DNA from: Carpediemonas membranifera BICM
Lineage: Eukaryota > Protista > Fornicata
Assembly: GCA_019828565.1 (NCBI GenBank)
Contig: JAHDYR010000001.1
Span: 248,001-312,000 of the forward strand
Length of the DNA stretch: 64,000 bases
Direction of reading: 5' to 3'
Shown here: one piece after another, positions 30,667-42,088 of the stretch
Layout of the letters: each line of letters opens with the position of its first letter
How positions within the stretch are numbered: the stretch's first letter is position 1
The notes under the pieces: generated by a model
Database searches by the model: none
Told to the model about the DNA's origin: nothing
Seen by the model: only the letters and a program-made list of their open reading frames with translations
Translations under genes and position numbers: made by a program

Positions 30667-33384
30667 ATGGAGGAACCAAGCGACGAGATCTTCTCGTTTG
30701 TGGATGTCCAATCCATGCACCGTGGCGTGAGCATCAAGAACATGCTCGTTTCCCAGAACTACATCTTCTTTGCTCTCACAGACGGCCAAGTCTTGCTCCA
30801 AGACGAGTCTGGCTTCCTCGGCGACGATGGAGAACCCGCCAAGGAGATGATCAAGCTCAAAGCTTCCTCTAAGAAGTCCAACGAGATCATCAAGATGTTC
30901 TGCGACCCGACAGGCCGGCATCTCATCATCAACGCCGAGCAGGGCTTGTACTACATCAACACGGCCTGGACAGGTGTGGTCCACAAGCTAGACAAGCGCT
31001 TCGACCCCAACATTGAGTGCACAGGCTTCAGTAACCGCGATGTCACTGATGACTCCACTGGCCAGTTTATGGTCGGCACCACGGATGGTCAGGTGGCTGT
31101 GTGGTGCATATCCATTGCTGGCAAGAAGCTGGATGACCGGAAGGACCGTCTGTTCGCCACCCCAATGATCTCCCTCCGTTCCAAGGAGAACAACAACCTC
31201 CTCCAAAAGCACTCGGTCAGCATCGTCAGCTGCAATGTCCAGAAGCTGGTAACCTACGACGAGGACGACGAAGAGGTTCTAGAGGGCTACTACGCCTCCT
31301 TCATCACCAACCGCTTCCTCTTTGAAGTACTCCCTGCCGGCGCCATCAGCCTCACAGACACCGTCCGAGCCCACGCCGAGCGGCACAAGACCCTCATCTT
31401 CTCCTACCAGACCTCATCTGACAAGTCCGCCCGCAGTGTCGTAGCCGTGCACCCCAACAACGACAGCTGCGACCTCGACTCCATCGCATGGATGGCAGAC
31501 AGACAGCTGCTCGTAGCTACACTCGCGTTCAGTGACGGTATGACCCAGGCCATCACTGAGTCGCGCACCATAGACTTGCCAGAGGGGGCGATCAGCTGTT
31601 ACATGACTGACTACCACGTGTTGGTCATGACGGAGTCCAAGCTCTACGGCTACTCGACCAGGGATAGTACTCAAGTGTGCGCTATACCCCTGGAGCACAC
31701 ACTTACCGGAATCGCAGGTTATGACTGCGACAGGATCTTGCTATACGGTCCGAAGAACGTGGTTGCGATCGTCATTGCGGACGAAGATCGGCACCAATGG
31801 CGTATTCTTATGGAGCAATGCAAGTTTGCCGAAGCAATGGCCAACGCACGCACGGAGGCTGACATGCACCAGATCAGGGAGCGCCTGGGCAACCATCTCT
31901 TCAACCAAGGCCGCCTTGCCGCCGCCGCCCGGTGCTGGGGCAGCTGTGCCGTTCCCGTCGAACGCGTAGTCCCCAAGCTAATGATGGAAGCCGACTCGAC
32001 CGCCCTTCTCATCGTCTACCTGCAGACTAAGGTCAAGTACGTCAAGCCATCGGCCCGCACCCAGCTCGCGGCACTGAGGATCTGGCTCATGGAGTGTATG
32101 CTCGCTAGGATGACAGTATTGGAGCTCAGGGAGACGTACGCGAAGACTGCGGCCGAGAAGGAGCAGATTCAGAGGGATTTGGCTGATTTGTTCAAGGCGT
32201 TCAGGCAGTTCGTGGAGAAGAACGCCGCTTCGATGGATAGGAGGACAGCTTATGACGTTATCGGCGCGCACAACCGGCCGGAGCTCTTGCGCCTTTTCGC
32301 TGAGCGTACGAAGCACCACGAGGAGGTCATGGCGCTCTTGATGGCGTCACAACAATACGAGGGTGCTCAGGCGTATCTAGAAAAAATCACAGATACGAAA
32401 ATGAAGCTTGCACTCATCGAACGCTACGCCGGCGACCTTGTCGAAGTCGTGCCTTACCAGCTCGTAACAATGCTTCTCTCCCTTGTTATGAACGGCGCCG
32501 TCACTCCCGGCAAGCTCGTCCCCCATCTTCTGCGGTATAAGGCCGAGAACGACCTCACCTCAGCCGAGCCCCAGAACGTCCGTCTGCTGCGGGAGAGCAT
32601 GAGCTACGGCATGGCCGACTCAACGAGCCTGCATTACCTTCTCACATTGTACGCCCAGCTCAGTGGTGACGACAACCTGCTCCTTTTGATTGGGTCACCC
32701 GACGCCAGGCTCTTGGACATGCATTACTCCCTACGGCTGTGCAAGGACAGACCAAAGGTTGTCACCAGGATTTATCAGGCCCTGGGGATGTGGAAGGACA
32801 GCGTGGAGGGGGCCCTCGCTCTGGGCGATGTCGACCAGGCCATGGAGATTGCCGGGTCGACTGCGATATCAAGTTCGGCGGTCAAGAAGGATCTGTGGAC
32901 GATGATTGTCCGATATGTAAGTCAAACTGATGTCAGTCGCACGCTAGAGATCGTCAAATCATGCGAACATCTCCAGCTGCAAGACGTTCTCCAGTTCTTC
33001 AAGGCCTTTGACGTAATCGATAATGAGTTCAAGGACACCATATGCGAGAGTCTCAAGCAGTACTCCCACGATTCAGAGAGGTTTAGAAAGAAGATGGAGG
33101 TCTCAATCGAGGCGTCTGACCGCCTCCGGGGCGAGCTACGCTCTCTCCCAGCCCGCAGAGTTACCGTCCCAGCCGACGCGGCATGTTCGCTGTGTGGGCG
33201 ACGGGCGCTCGTGTCAGCTTCAGCGGTCTTCCCTTGCGGTCATATCGCCCACCTTACGTGTATCACGAGCAGGAACTTGGACGATTGCCCCGTGTGTGGC
33301 CTGGGCGTTGTCGAGGATATGGACGAGCTATTCCTGGGCGGGGCGGATGCTACAACACGGGGCGAGTGGGAAGTCGAGGTTTGA
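30667..33384 (+). CDS. VPS18: Vacuolar protein sorting 18 (HOPS/CORVET)
   Basis: MFCDPTG.HLII, GT..G, clathrin-repeat helices, KK.LW..I, L...DVL.FF..F..ID.FKD.IC.SL..Y, C-terminal RING (CSLC...FPCGH..H..C...CP.CG). Confidence 0.93.
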   Translation: MEEPSDEIFSFVDVQSMHRGVSIKNMLVSQNYIFFALTDGQVLLQDESGFLGDDGEPAKEMIKLKASSKKSNEIIKMFCDPTGRHLIINAEQGLYYINTAWTGVVHKLDKRFDPNIECTGFSNRDVTDDSTGQFMVGTTDGQVAVWCISIAGKKLDDRKDRLFATPMISLRSKENNNLLQKHSVSIVSCNVQKLVTYDEDDEEVLEGYYASFITNRFLFEVLPAGAISLTDTVRAHAERHKTLIFSYQTSSDKSARSVVAVHPNNDSCDLDSIAWMADRQLLVATLAFSDGMTQAITESRTIDLPEGAISCYMTDYHVLVMTESKLYGYSTRDSTQVCAIPLEHTLTGIAGYDCDRILLYGPKNVVAIVIADEDRHQWRILMEQCKFAEAMANARTEADMHQIRERLGNHLFNQGRLAAAARCWGSCAVPVERVVPKLMMEADSTALLIVYLQTKVKYVKPSARTQLAALRIWLMECMLARMTVLELRETYAKTAAEKEQIQRDLADLFKAFRQFVEKNAASMDRRTAYDVIGAHNRPELLRLFAERTKHHEEVMALLMASQQYEGAQAYLEKITDTKMKLALIERYAGDLVEVVPYQLVTMLLSLVMNGAVTPGKLVPHLLRYKAENDLTSAEPQNVRLLRESMSYGMADSTSLHYLLTLYAQLSGDDNLLLLIGSPDARLLDMHYSLRLCKDRPKVVTRIYQALGMWKDSVEGALALGDVDQAMEIAGSTAISSSAVKKDLWTMIVRYVSQTDVSRTLEIVKSCEHLQLQDVLQFFKAFDVIDNEFKDTICESLKQYSHDSERFRKKMEVSIEASDRLRGELRSLPARRVTVPADAACSLCGRRALVSASAVFPCGHIAHLTCITSRNLDDCPVCGLGVVEDMDELFLGGADATTRGEWEVEV

Positions 33385-33504
33385 GGGGTTTTATCAGTAT
33401 AAATTAGACTTTATAGTTTTTATGTGGTGTTTGGTTAAATGATGTGACCTTTGGCTGGGTGAGATAAAAAAAGGACATTTATAACACTTATAACATTTAA
33501 AACC

Positions 33505-34578
33505 CTACCCTGACGTCAGGAAGTCAAGCGCCCTGTCTAGATCCCCCTGGGTCGACATCAGCGCGCTCCTCGCCCGACCCGCGTCGAACCCCATGGCCAC
33601 GAGCTGGTCGACCTTGCCCTCAAGCACGGCCGCAGACACCGCCTGCTGCTGCGGCTGCTGAGCCTGCTGCTGGGGCATCGGGCGTTGGCGCGGCTGCCCG
33701 GGCATCTGGGAGAACACGGCGGCGTGCTTCGGCCTCTTGTCCTCGGGCAGCTGCTGCTCTTCCAAGAATGGAATGGTCAGCGCAGTCGCGCCGCTCATAA
33801 GGGTCAGCGTCCTGGCGCCGAGGTCGACGGTCGCCCTGTGGCGCCGCATGAAGTCGAGGCCGAGGATGATCTCATGCGCCATGCCTCCTTCTGAGCTCTC
33901 GAGCACGGCAAAGGAGGTGGGGTAGTAGCCGTCCCCGATCTTGATCGGTGTGCTCATAATCTTGCCGACGATGTTTGATTGACCCACACCGACAGCTTTG
34001 CCAGCCAGCCTTGGGTCGATGAGGTGGTCAATGCCGGCTTTCTTGGCCAAATCCCGGTCTAGGATGCTGTGCTGGGCTCCTGTGTCGACGAAACCCAGGC
34101 ACTCGACGCCGTCGAGAAGCACGGGGACGTACAGCATGCAGACTTGGATGAAGCTCTCGGGATGCTCCTCAAGGGCATTGGTTAGGGCCTCGTCGAGGAG
34201 GCGCTGGTGCTGGAGCGCCTGCTGCTGTTGCTGCTGCTGAGGCGTGGGCTGCTGCATCTGCTGCCTGGCCTGGGGGTTGTATTGTGGGGCAGCAGGCCTC
34301 GCTTGAGGCGTCGTCGAGGAAGGATTCCGAGCAGGGGCGTTGCTTCGGGGCGCCAAAAGCTGACTGGTGTCAATCATGGAGATAGCCACCTCATCCTTCC
34401 CGGGATCAATCGTATTGAGCACTGTATTGTCGGCTATCGCCTTCCCTTGTCTGTGCAGGAAAGCACTCTGAAAACCGGTCTCCTCCGCGATCAAGTTCTT
34501 CAGGTCTTTGGCCGTCAGAACGTCAGGAAGATCGAATTCTATCGCCGTGGCGTTTGTTCTGTTGACTGTTATGCGCAT
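33505..34578 (-). CDS. DDI1: DNA-damage-inducible protein DDI1 (UBL, retroviral-like aspartic protease, UBA)
   Basis: A.E.HPESF..V.MLYV, FVDTGAQ, ID.R..G.A.GVG...I.G.I, LGLD..RRH, C-terminal UBA. Confidence 0.95.
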   Translation of the reverse strand: MRITVNRTNATAIEFDLPDVLTAKDLKNLIAEETGFQSAFLHRQGKAIADNTVLNTIDPGKDEVAISMIDTSQLLAPRSNAPARNPSSTTPQARPAAPQYNPQARQQMQQPTPQQQQQQQALQHQRLLDEALTNALEEHPESFIQVCMLYVPVLLDGVECLGFVDTGAQHSILDRDLAKKAGIDHLIDPRLAGKAVGVGQSNIVGKIMSTPIKIGDGYYPTSFAVLESSEGGMAHEIILGLDFMRRHRATVDLGARTLTLMSGATALTIPFLEEQQLPEDKRPKHAAVFSQMPGQPRQRPMPQQQAQQPQQQAVSAAVLEGKVDQLVAMGFDAGRARSALMSTQGDLDRALDFLTSG

Positions 34579-34786
34579 TCACTTGCCCTTCTGTCGTCAC
34601 AACTTGATTAGGTTTGATTCGGATCTGATTGGATCGGGCGACCTTCGAAGACATGTGCACAGGAATAGTGCAGCAGACGCCGGCAACTGTGAGCATTGTT
34701 GTTTGCACTCTCCGTGATAGGAAGCTAGTTCCCCGCGTGGACCAATGTCGACAAAAAATGGACGCGAAAGAAAGTTGTCTGGCTGT

Positions 34787-36695
34787 TTACTCAGGTCTCA
34801 GGTCAATGCTCTGCCTGCAGCCGCGGCACGTGACCTGCCTCCGGTTCGGGCTGACCGTGGTCGACCGATGGCAGTGGGGGCACGTGACGGTGCGCTGCCT
34901 CGCGACGCCCTCGGGTAGGTCGACTACCTGGCGCGGCGCCATCTCGCACTCACCGCCGAAGTGGGCCATGTGCTCTCGATGGTTGGCCACGCGGAGCAGG
35001 CACTTGTGGCAGAAGTCCTGACCACACGGGCACGTCGACATCTTGCAGCGGTCCAGGTCGCCCTCGCGCGAGGTCAGCTCGCCGCATGTGGGGCAGCGGC
35101 GGATAACGGGGACGTCCACAGCGGCGCCTCTGCCGAGCGTGACCAGGCGGCACGTCTGCAGGATGTCGTTCTGCTCGACGAGCGTCCTGATCTCGGCGTG
35201 CGAGTATGCCTGCTGGCGCCGCGGGATGACGTAGAAGTCGGCTGCCGCGCCTGATGTGGCAGGGGCCGAGTCGAGCACCGCCTGGTGCATCTGGTCGGCG
35301 TCCTCCAGACGAGGGAGGTGGGCGCCGCCCGCGCAGTCGGCGTACACGCGGTGGTGGTCGTGGAGGGTCACGCCAACGGAGCTGGGCTGGGGGAGCTGGC
35401 CGCCGAACACGTGGAAGGCGAAGCGGCGGCGCGTCTCGTCGTCCTCGAGCACGGCGCGGAGGGCGTCCTGCACGCCCTGGCTGTCCGCGGGGAAGCGCAG
35501 CGGGGCGAGCACGGCGGCGACCGTGAGCGGGTTGGGGCGCACAAGCAGGGCCCGCAGCTGGGCGGCCGTCAGCGCGAGGACCTTCTCGCTGAATTGTGTC
35601 TTCGCGGCCATGCCGTTGCGGACGATCTGCATACGCTCGGTGAAGCGGAGTCTCACCTCGTCGCCGTAAGCCTTGATGTGGGCGCCCTCAAAGCCCTCGA
35701 GCGGGCACGCGGCAATGGCGTCCCCGAGCGATGTCTGCAGCGCCTGGTCGACGATGGGCATCAGCGCTCCTAGGTCGACGCGGCCGCCCGTGAGCGCGAC
35801 GAGCCAGGCGTCGCTGGCCATGTCCGCGGGCAGGGTGATGCCGTCGAGCAGCATGAGCTGCAGCACGCGGCCGAGCCCCAGCAGGACCGGGCGCAGGTCG
35901 TCGAGCGGCATGTCGAGGGCGTCGGCCGTGAAGACCAGCGTGCCCTCGCGGAAGATGGGCACAGCGAACTCCATGCCCCCGACGACCTGGCGGACGGCCA
36001 CGCGCGGCAGCTCGACGACCAGGTCGGGCAGGGCCTTCGCGGAGTCGTCGCCCGAGAGCGTCGCGGGGATGGCGAACAGGTCCTCCTCGCACGCGGCGAT
36101 GCTGGCCAGGCTCGCCGAAATGTCATCGGCGAGGGCGATGTCGACCGGGTCCTCGCGGAGCATCTGCAGACGCGCGCGGTCGATGTCGTCGACGAAGGCG
36201 TGGGCGTTCGCGAACCTGCTGCTCATCGCGTTGAGGTCGACCTCGGGGTCCAGCTCGTTGGCTGAGGCGGTGAAGAGGCCGTCGGCCAGGGCGCGGCGGA
36301 CGGACCAGCGGGCCTCGGGGTGGGTGGCGAGCATGCCGGAGAGCACGTCGCGCAGGGCGTCGGGGACGGTAACGCTGGCGAGTAGGGCGGCGCAGAGATT
36401 GTCATGGTTGGCGGTCGAACTCTCGAGCAAGGCCTTGTTGTTGCTGAGAGAGAGGATGTCCCTGCAGAAATCCGTGTACTCCGTCGTCATCAGCGCCAGC
36501 GTCGTCAGGCCCGCGTGGTAGACGTCGGCGGCCTGCTGCTCGCGGTGGCTCAGCTTCTTCCCGGCATTGCGGGCGGCGATCTCCTCGGGCGCGCTGAAGG
36601 CGAGCGTGCCGATGTTGACTCCGGTCGCGGTCGCGTTCACGGCGTCCATGTTCGAGGCCGTCTCGAAGTCGACGAGCACGGGGTGGCCCTCGCGC

Positions 36696-36728
<33 letters not shown>

Positions 36729-39700
36729 CAGACGCCCGCGCTGTGCAGGTCGTGGATCGCGGTGAGCAGGCCGCGGAGCAGTCTGCGCAGGCTGTCGGGC
36801 GAGTCGGCTGGAGTATCGCGCAGGTGGCTCTCGAGGCGCTCCATGACGATCGTGCAGGTCTGCTCGGTGCTGTCGACGAGGACGAAGTGCAGCTTGGGTA
36901 CGGCGGGGCTGTGCGCCATGCGCGATAAGATTCCCGCCTCGCGGTCGCAGAGCTTGCGCTGGCGCTCGGCGTCGAGCTTGAAGGTCTTGGCGAAGAAGGT
37001 CTGGCCGTTGCGGGTCACGATCTGGCACAGCGCTCTGTTCTCGCTAACTTTCGACTCGACGGCGAAGTCGGACAGCGACAGGTCGGCGCGCATCTCGGGG
37101 AGGTCCATGAGGTGGGCCAGCCCCATCTCGCGCAGCTCGGCGAAGAGGCTGGCCGACGGCGCGGTGAGGGCCTCCAGCTCGGGGCAGAGACGGACGAGCT
37201 GCGGCGTGCGGCGGGCCAGGACGGCGTTAATCTCGACGATGCTGGCGTTCACGGCCTCGAGCTCAGCCGCGACCTCGGCAGCCTGGGCGTGCTTGCGGCG
37301 GCGCTGGAGGAATGCGAGCTCATCATCAAGCTCCTCGGCCTTGTTCTTGAGGCGCTGGTAGTCGCCTAGCGACCGGAGCTGCGCAGTGATGTCGTCGGCC
37401 TCGGCGAACGCAGCCAGGTGGACCTCAGCCTCGGCGGCCAGGCCAGTCATCTCGCGAATGGTGCGCTCCTCGGAGCTCGTGTCATCGCCAAGCTCCTTCC
37501 GACTGAGGGCCCACTGCCACGTCTCGCGGACGGCAGGCTGGAGGAAGGCGCGGAGCGTGGCGTACCTGGCCTGCAGCTCGGGCGCGAGTGTGGGGAAGTC
37601 GAGGACCTCGTTGTCAGCGGCCTTGAGCACGCGGGCCATCTCGTCGAGCGAGGGGAGAGACTCGAAGGCGGCGGCGCCGTCGACGATGTCCGAGGCCGCC
37701 TGATAGTCAGTGTTGACAGCTGCGACAATTGCTTCGAGCGCCTCGACCCCGGCCCTGGCCTGGGCGATGACTTCCTTATACTCGGCGATGCGGGTCTCTG
37801 GCTGGCGTCTGGCCTGGCCGAGTCGGCTGATGAGGCCGGCGGGCGAAGGAACGTTGCAAATGCTCACAATGCCATCGTGGGTCGGGATGGCGGCCGAGAG
37901 CAGGGGGTGGCCCTCGAGCATGGTGCTGATGTCCGCGGCGCGGTTGGCAGCAGTAAACTGACCTGTCTGAAGCGAGGCGCAGAACGAGGCCAGGGTCGCC
38001 TTCACGCCTGCAAGCTCAGCGCTAAGCATGGCGGTCTGGTCGGCACTGTTTGACTCAACTGCTGTAAGCTTAGCCTTCGTGTCGGCGAGCTCAGCTTTGA
38101 GCATCCGGCAATTGGCTTCCGAAAGGACCGCGCTGATTTCTAGGGCATGCCGGTCGGCGCTAAACTGGCCATCGGTCAGAGTGACAGCTGAAGCAATGTC
38201 GGCGACGGCGGCAGTGAAGTTGCTTGGCACTTTGTGTGATGTCACGTGAGTCACAACCTGCCTCAGCTGATGGATCGTGACGAGAGCTAGCGATGCGTTG
38301 GCGGGAGGACGCGAGCAAAAGTCGGAGACGAGCTCATCTGCTCGGCGTATGGCCTGGCTCCTTATATTGTTGTAGAGATTGATGCGCTCGGCCAACGTGG
38401 CATCCTCGGAGTCTGTCTCGGCGAACTTGTTCTCGTCCAGCCAGACTCTGGCGGTACCGCCGCTCAGCGTCATCGTGAAGGAGCGCGGATAGCTTGAGAC
38501 GATAAAGTGCAAGAGGATACGATCGAGGTCGCTGGTGAGTGCTTCTGAGTCGCCAGGGTCGATGGCGATGTCGGCATCGGGGGCGACTGGGCTGGAGCAG
38601 AGCTGGTTGACGGTGGCCAGGAACTGGGGGATGCGGGTGAGTGCGCTCCAGACCTTGATGGTGTTGTCGCTGGATCCAGACACGATAGTGGAGCCGTTCC
38701 GTGAGAATGCAACGCACCTCATCCCGCCATTGTGCGCAGAGAACGTCCTGATCAGTGCCCCGGTCGCGACGTCCCATTGCTTGCTGGTTTTGTATGCAGA
38801 CCCAGACAGCAGAGTCCTTCCGTCGGGGGAGAAGGCGAGGCTACACACAATATGCCCATTAAGGGTCCGAGTCAGCTGGCCAGTTTCGGAGTCCCAGAAC
38901 TTGATGGAGCTATCCCTGCCACCGGATACGAGGATGGCGTCATCGGGTGACACGGCAATCGTGATGACACCGGAACCATGGTCCATGGTCCTGATGCACT
39001 CACCAGTGGCGGAACTCCACTGCTTGGCCTTGCGGTCCTGACTTCCAGTGTGAATGGTCGAGCCATCAATGGAGATGGCTACGCCATACACAGCCTTGGA
39101 ATGCCCTGTTAGTGTCTGCCTGCACTGCTCCGTCTCGACGTCCCAGACCTTGGCGGTGCTGTCCTCTGACCCCGAGACCAGGGTGCGGCCATCGGACGAG
39201 AATGCAAGGCAGCGCACAGTATCAGTGTGCCCACTGAGGGTCTTAGTCCGCCAGCCTGCGGTTGTGTCCCAGAGCTTGATACCTTTGTCACCACCAGAAG
39301 CGATGGTCGACCCGTCCGGCGATATGGCAACGCACCAAACATGCCATCTATACTTCATGGTCCTGATACACTGACTGGTGGTCGCGTCCCACTGCTTGAC
39401 TGTGCCATCGTATGAGGCAGTGACGATGGAGCCGTCGGGGGAGGTGGCGACACCGTTCACTGCGCCTTCGTGCCCAGTCAGTGTCCTTATGCACACAACA
39501 CCCTCCATATCCACTGTGAACCGCGAGTTCCATACTTCGAGCGCGAGCTCAAGCCGGTTGTTTTCATGGTCGGCCTCGAGTCTGCCACGCACCATCGAAA
39601 CGGTAACGGCGGGTTCAGTGAGCTCCATAGCAAGTGTCTTGGGTTCTATACTCTCGCTGAGTAGGTACTGGATGACCTGCTCGAGGTCCTGGACGGTGAT

Positions 39701-39976
39701 CGGCGTCTCGCGTCGCTTGCGGATCTGGATGCCCTCGGGACCGGGATGCTCAGAGCTTGCGGTGCGGATCTGAGTTTCTACTGCTGTACAGTCGTCGCTG
39801 CGTGAGAATTCGGCCTAGACACGAACCACTGGCTGTGTAAGCGTGGAATTGGCGGATCAAACGCGTCAGGCGTGCTGTGTAAGGGAATCGCGATGCAGCT
39901 GGGCTATTGCTGTTGCTACACACCATCTGTGTGAGAATAGGCATGACTAAGCGTACTTTGGACAACTTCGCGTCAT
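34787..39976 (-). CDS. Giant multidomain protein: Zn ribbon, WD40, coiled coil, Ser/Thr kinase, HECT-like, IBR/RING2-like, Zn ribbon; predicted introns at 39927-39956, 39875-39923 and 39798-39826
   Basis: About 7 canonical GH...WD repeats; FAK, HRDLKPEN, DFE, GTLAFSAPE; LG..L...L..G.TLP and RRF..HV.G...YADC...HLP; CPTC...C...C.C...FC..C. The frame stays open upstream of the ORF-track Met at 39628. Confidence 0.85.
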
Positions 39977-40407
39977 CTCGACGGTCTGCGGCCCAAGTGC
40001 CCGTGTCGCGTCGCTGAGACCGTCGGAGCTCGCCTCACATGCAGTGGTTCCTGCTCCACCACACATCATGCTGGCCAGTCAGCAAGCCGAATTGCCAACG
40101 GAGTACTCTGCGACAAAGCAACAAGAGTCGTCCGGGGAAGGGCAGCATGGATTTATCATCTGAGAGAGGGAACGCCCTTCGCCTGCCCGCACGATCCCAA
40201 ACCTGCTGGAAGGAATGCTGAGAAGGGTGCCTCGATATGATGGCGAGTCACATCCCGAGCCCACATGCACGGGGCTGGGAACGCTGGTGGCACATCATCC
40301 GTTCTGAATGAAGACGTTACTAAGGGATGCGTTGCTTCCCTGCCATCTCACCACGCTGATTCCTTGTGAACAGGTTGTCTCGCTGAAAGAAAGCAAAAGA
40401 GGAGTAA

Positions 40408-40647
40408 TCAGACATCTTCTTCAGGATCCTCAATAAAAGTGTTACGCTCATGTAGATTATCAACTTCTTTCATGATGAAGTCCAGCTGCTTCGGATCAAT
40501 CAGCAGATGCCGCTCGTCTAGCTCAGCGCGAATAATGCTGCGACTGCTACCACTAGAGCTTGAGATATGTTGAATGAACTCTTTGATAGACGGGTCTACT
40601 TCGATCAAGCAGCCCTGTGTGTTCCGAATCGAACTTTCAAGATCCAT
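40408..40647 (-). CDS. TFB5: TFIIH subunit TFB5/TTDA
   Basis: G.LIE.DPSIK.FI..I....II...LDE.HLLI....L..I...V.....NTF. Confidence 0.85.
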   Translation of the reverse strand: MDLESSIRNTQGCLIEVDPSIKEFIQHISSSSGSSRSIIRAELDERHLLIDPKQLDFIMKEVDNLHERNTFIEDPEEDV

Positions 40648-40806
40648 TGTCCTTAAAGTCCTTAAAGTGCACATAGTTAGAAGTGCGGCACAGACACCCG
40701 CCACACGTCCACCCTTGTGTAGCAATCGCCATAATTGTAAGAATTTATCCCGTAGTCGGACTTGATTTGCCCGGACCAAGTTCAAGCTTGTCTCTACGCC
40801 CTTGCT

Positions 40807-41709
40807 TCAAATCCCATCTGCCTCAGTTCGAGCAGTGTACAGCCTCTGCCTTGCCCTGGACACTCTCGGCCCGGGCGCGGCCTTGGGCAGCCCTGGGGCC
40901 GAGGCCAAGCTGGGCAACGTGGCCGGGGGTTTGGGTCGGGCCGAGGGCGAAGTTACCGGGGCGAGAACGGGCTTGATACTAGTGGGGCCAAGGGCAGACT
41001 CCAGCTCTGCGGCAAAAGCCCTGAGCTCCTCCGTGCTGGCGACCTTTGGGGCACTAGGAGTTGTCGTTTTGAGTGTCAAATGGCGGTCAACCTCGTCGTT
41101 AAGGCAAGCCTCAAGCCATTCCTGCTGCTCCTGAAGAAACGAGGCTTCTGCCTGAAGGAGTTTGGCCAAGGTGTCCTCGACCTTGTGGAGGTCGTTCACG
41201 TTCACATAGCCGACTACACCGAGGCCGAGGGACCTACTGCCGTTAGCAGACTCTGTGCTCGGCCTTGGCGTGGCGGTGCGTGCTCTTGGGCGATGGGGGT
41301 CGGCCGAGCGGACGTTGCGGCTGCCCTGCGCGGTCAATGAGGCGTAGCGAGCCTCTGCGTCGACGGAGGCACGGCCGTTGATCTTCAGGGCATCCATAAG
41401 CATGTCTATCCGCTTCTGAAGGAAGGCCCGTTGGGGGTTTGTGAACAATTTGAGGCCAGCGGATAGTTTGGACTGCTCGGAGTCCAAATGATCTTGCCTC
41501 TCATCATTGCGCTCTTCTATGTCTAAAAGAACAGTAAACAGAGCTCTAAGATGATCAAGGTGGCCCCGGTTGTCATCAACGACGCGTCCGAGCATGAGCT
41601 CGATCTCTGGAACCTCTGGGGGTGGAACATACGGCTTAAGCTGTTCCCATATTAAGAGTGAATATGGAAACTCGCGTTCGAGGATCTCATCTACCTTTGA
41701 ATCGTCCAT
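40807..41709 (-). CDS. CCDC24-like protein
   Basis: WE.LK..VP..EV.EI..MLG..VD and V...L..LL..E...L......L..CL..E resemble CCDC24. Confidence 0.6.
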   Translation of the reverse strand: MDDSKVDEILEREFPYSLLIWEQLKPYVPPPEVPEIELMLGRVVDDNRGHLDHLRALFTVLLDIEERNDERQDHLDSEQSKLSAGLKLFTNPQRAFLQKRIDMLMDALKINGRASVDAEARYASLTAQGSRNVRSADPHRPRARTATPRPSTESANGSRSLGLGVVGYVNVNDLHKVEDTLAKLLQAEASFLQEQQEWLEACLNDEVDRHLTLKTTTPSAPKVASTEELRAFAAELESALGPTSIKPVLAPVTSPSARPKPPATLPSLASAPGLPKAAPGPRVSRARQRLYTARTEADGI

Positions 41710-42088
41710 GGCAAAAACCGACGATTCTTGTCTTAAAATGCGTTTTTTAAACTTCGTCGGCGTTAGACCCCTACTATACTCCTCAACTGCGCTATTTCCA
41801 GTCAGCCCCGTATTAAAATCACAGTGAAGCTCAATTCCCTGTCGAAGCTCCCTGTTTCAGTCCACACTCCATGCTCTGCTCTTCCTGTCTTCCCAGCCAC
41901 GATATCAATGTCATACCATAACACGCGCTTCACTTCCCAGCCCGCTGTATGCCCTCCTCTGTGCCGCGCCATGAGCGGGATCCGTCTGTGCTTCCCGCTC
42001 GGGTCGATCCCGTTGTCAGCATCTGCCGGTCATAAGTCATAACTACTCGGCCAGTCAACAGCAAACACTCCTTAACCTCCCCCGAACC

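Noticed and set aside
33505-34578. Retroviral-type aspartic protease as part of a retrotransposon
   Set aside because: The UBL-protease-UBA architecture is the host gene DDI1; no gag, RT or integrase lies nearby.
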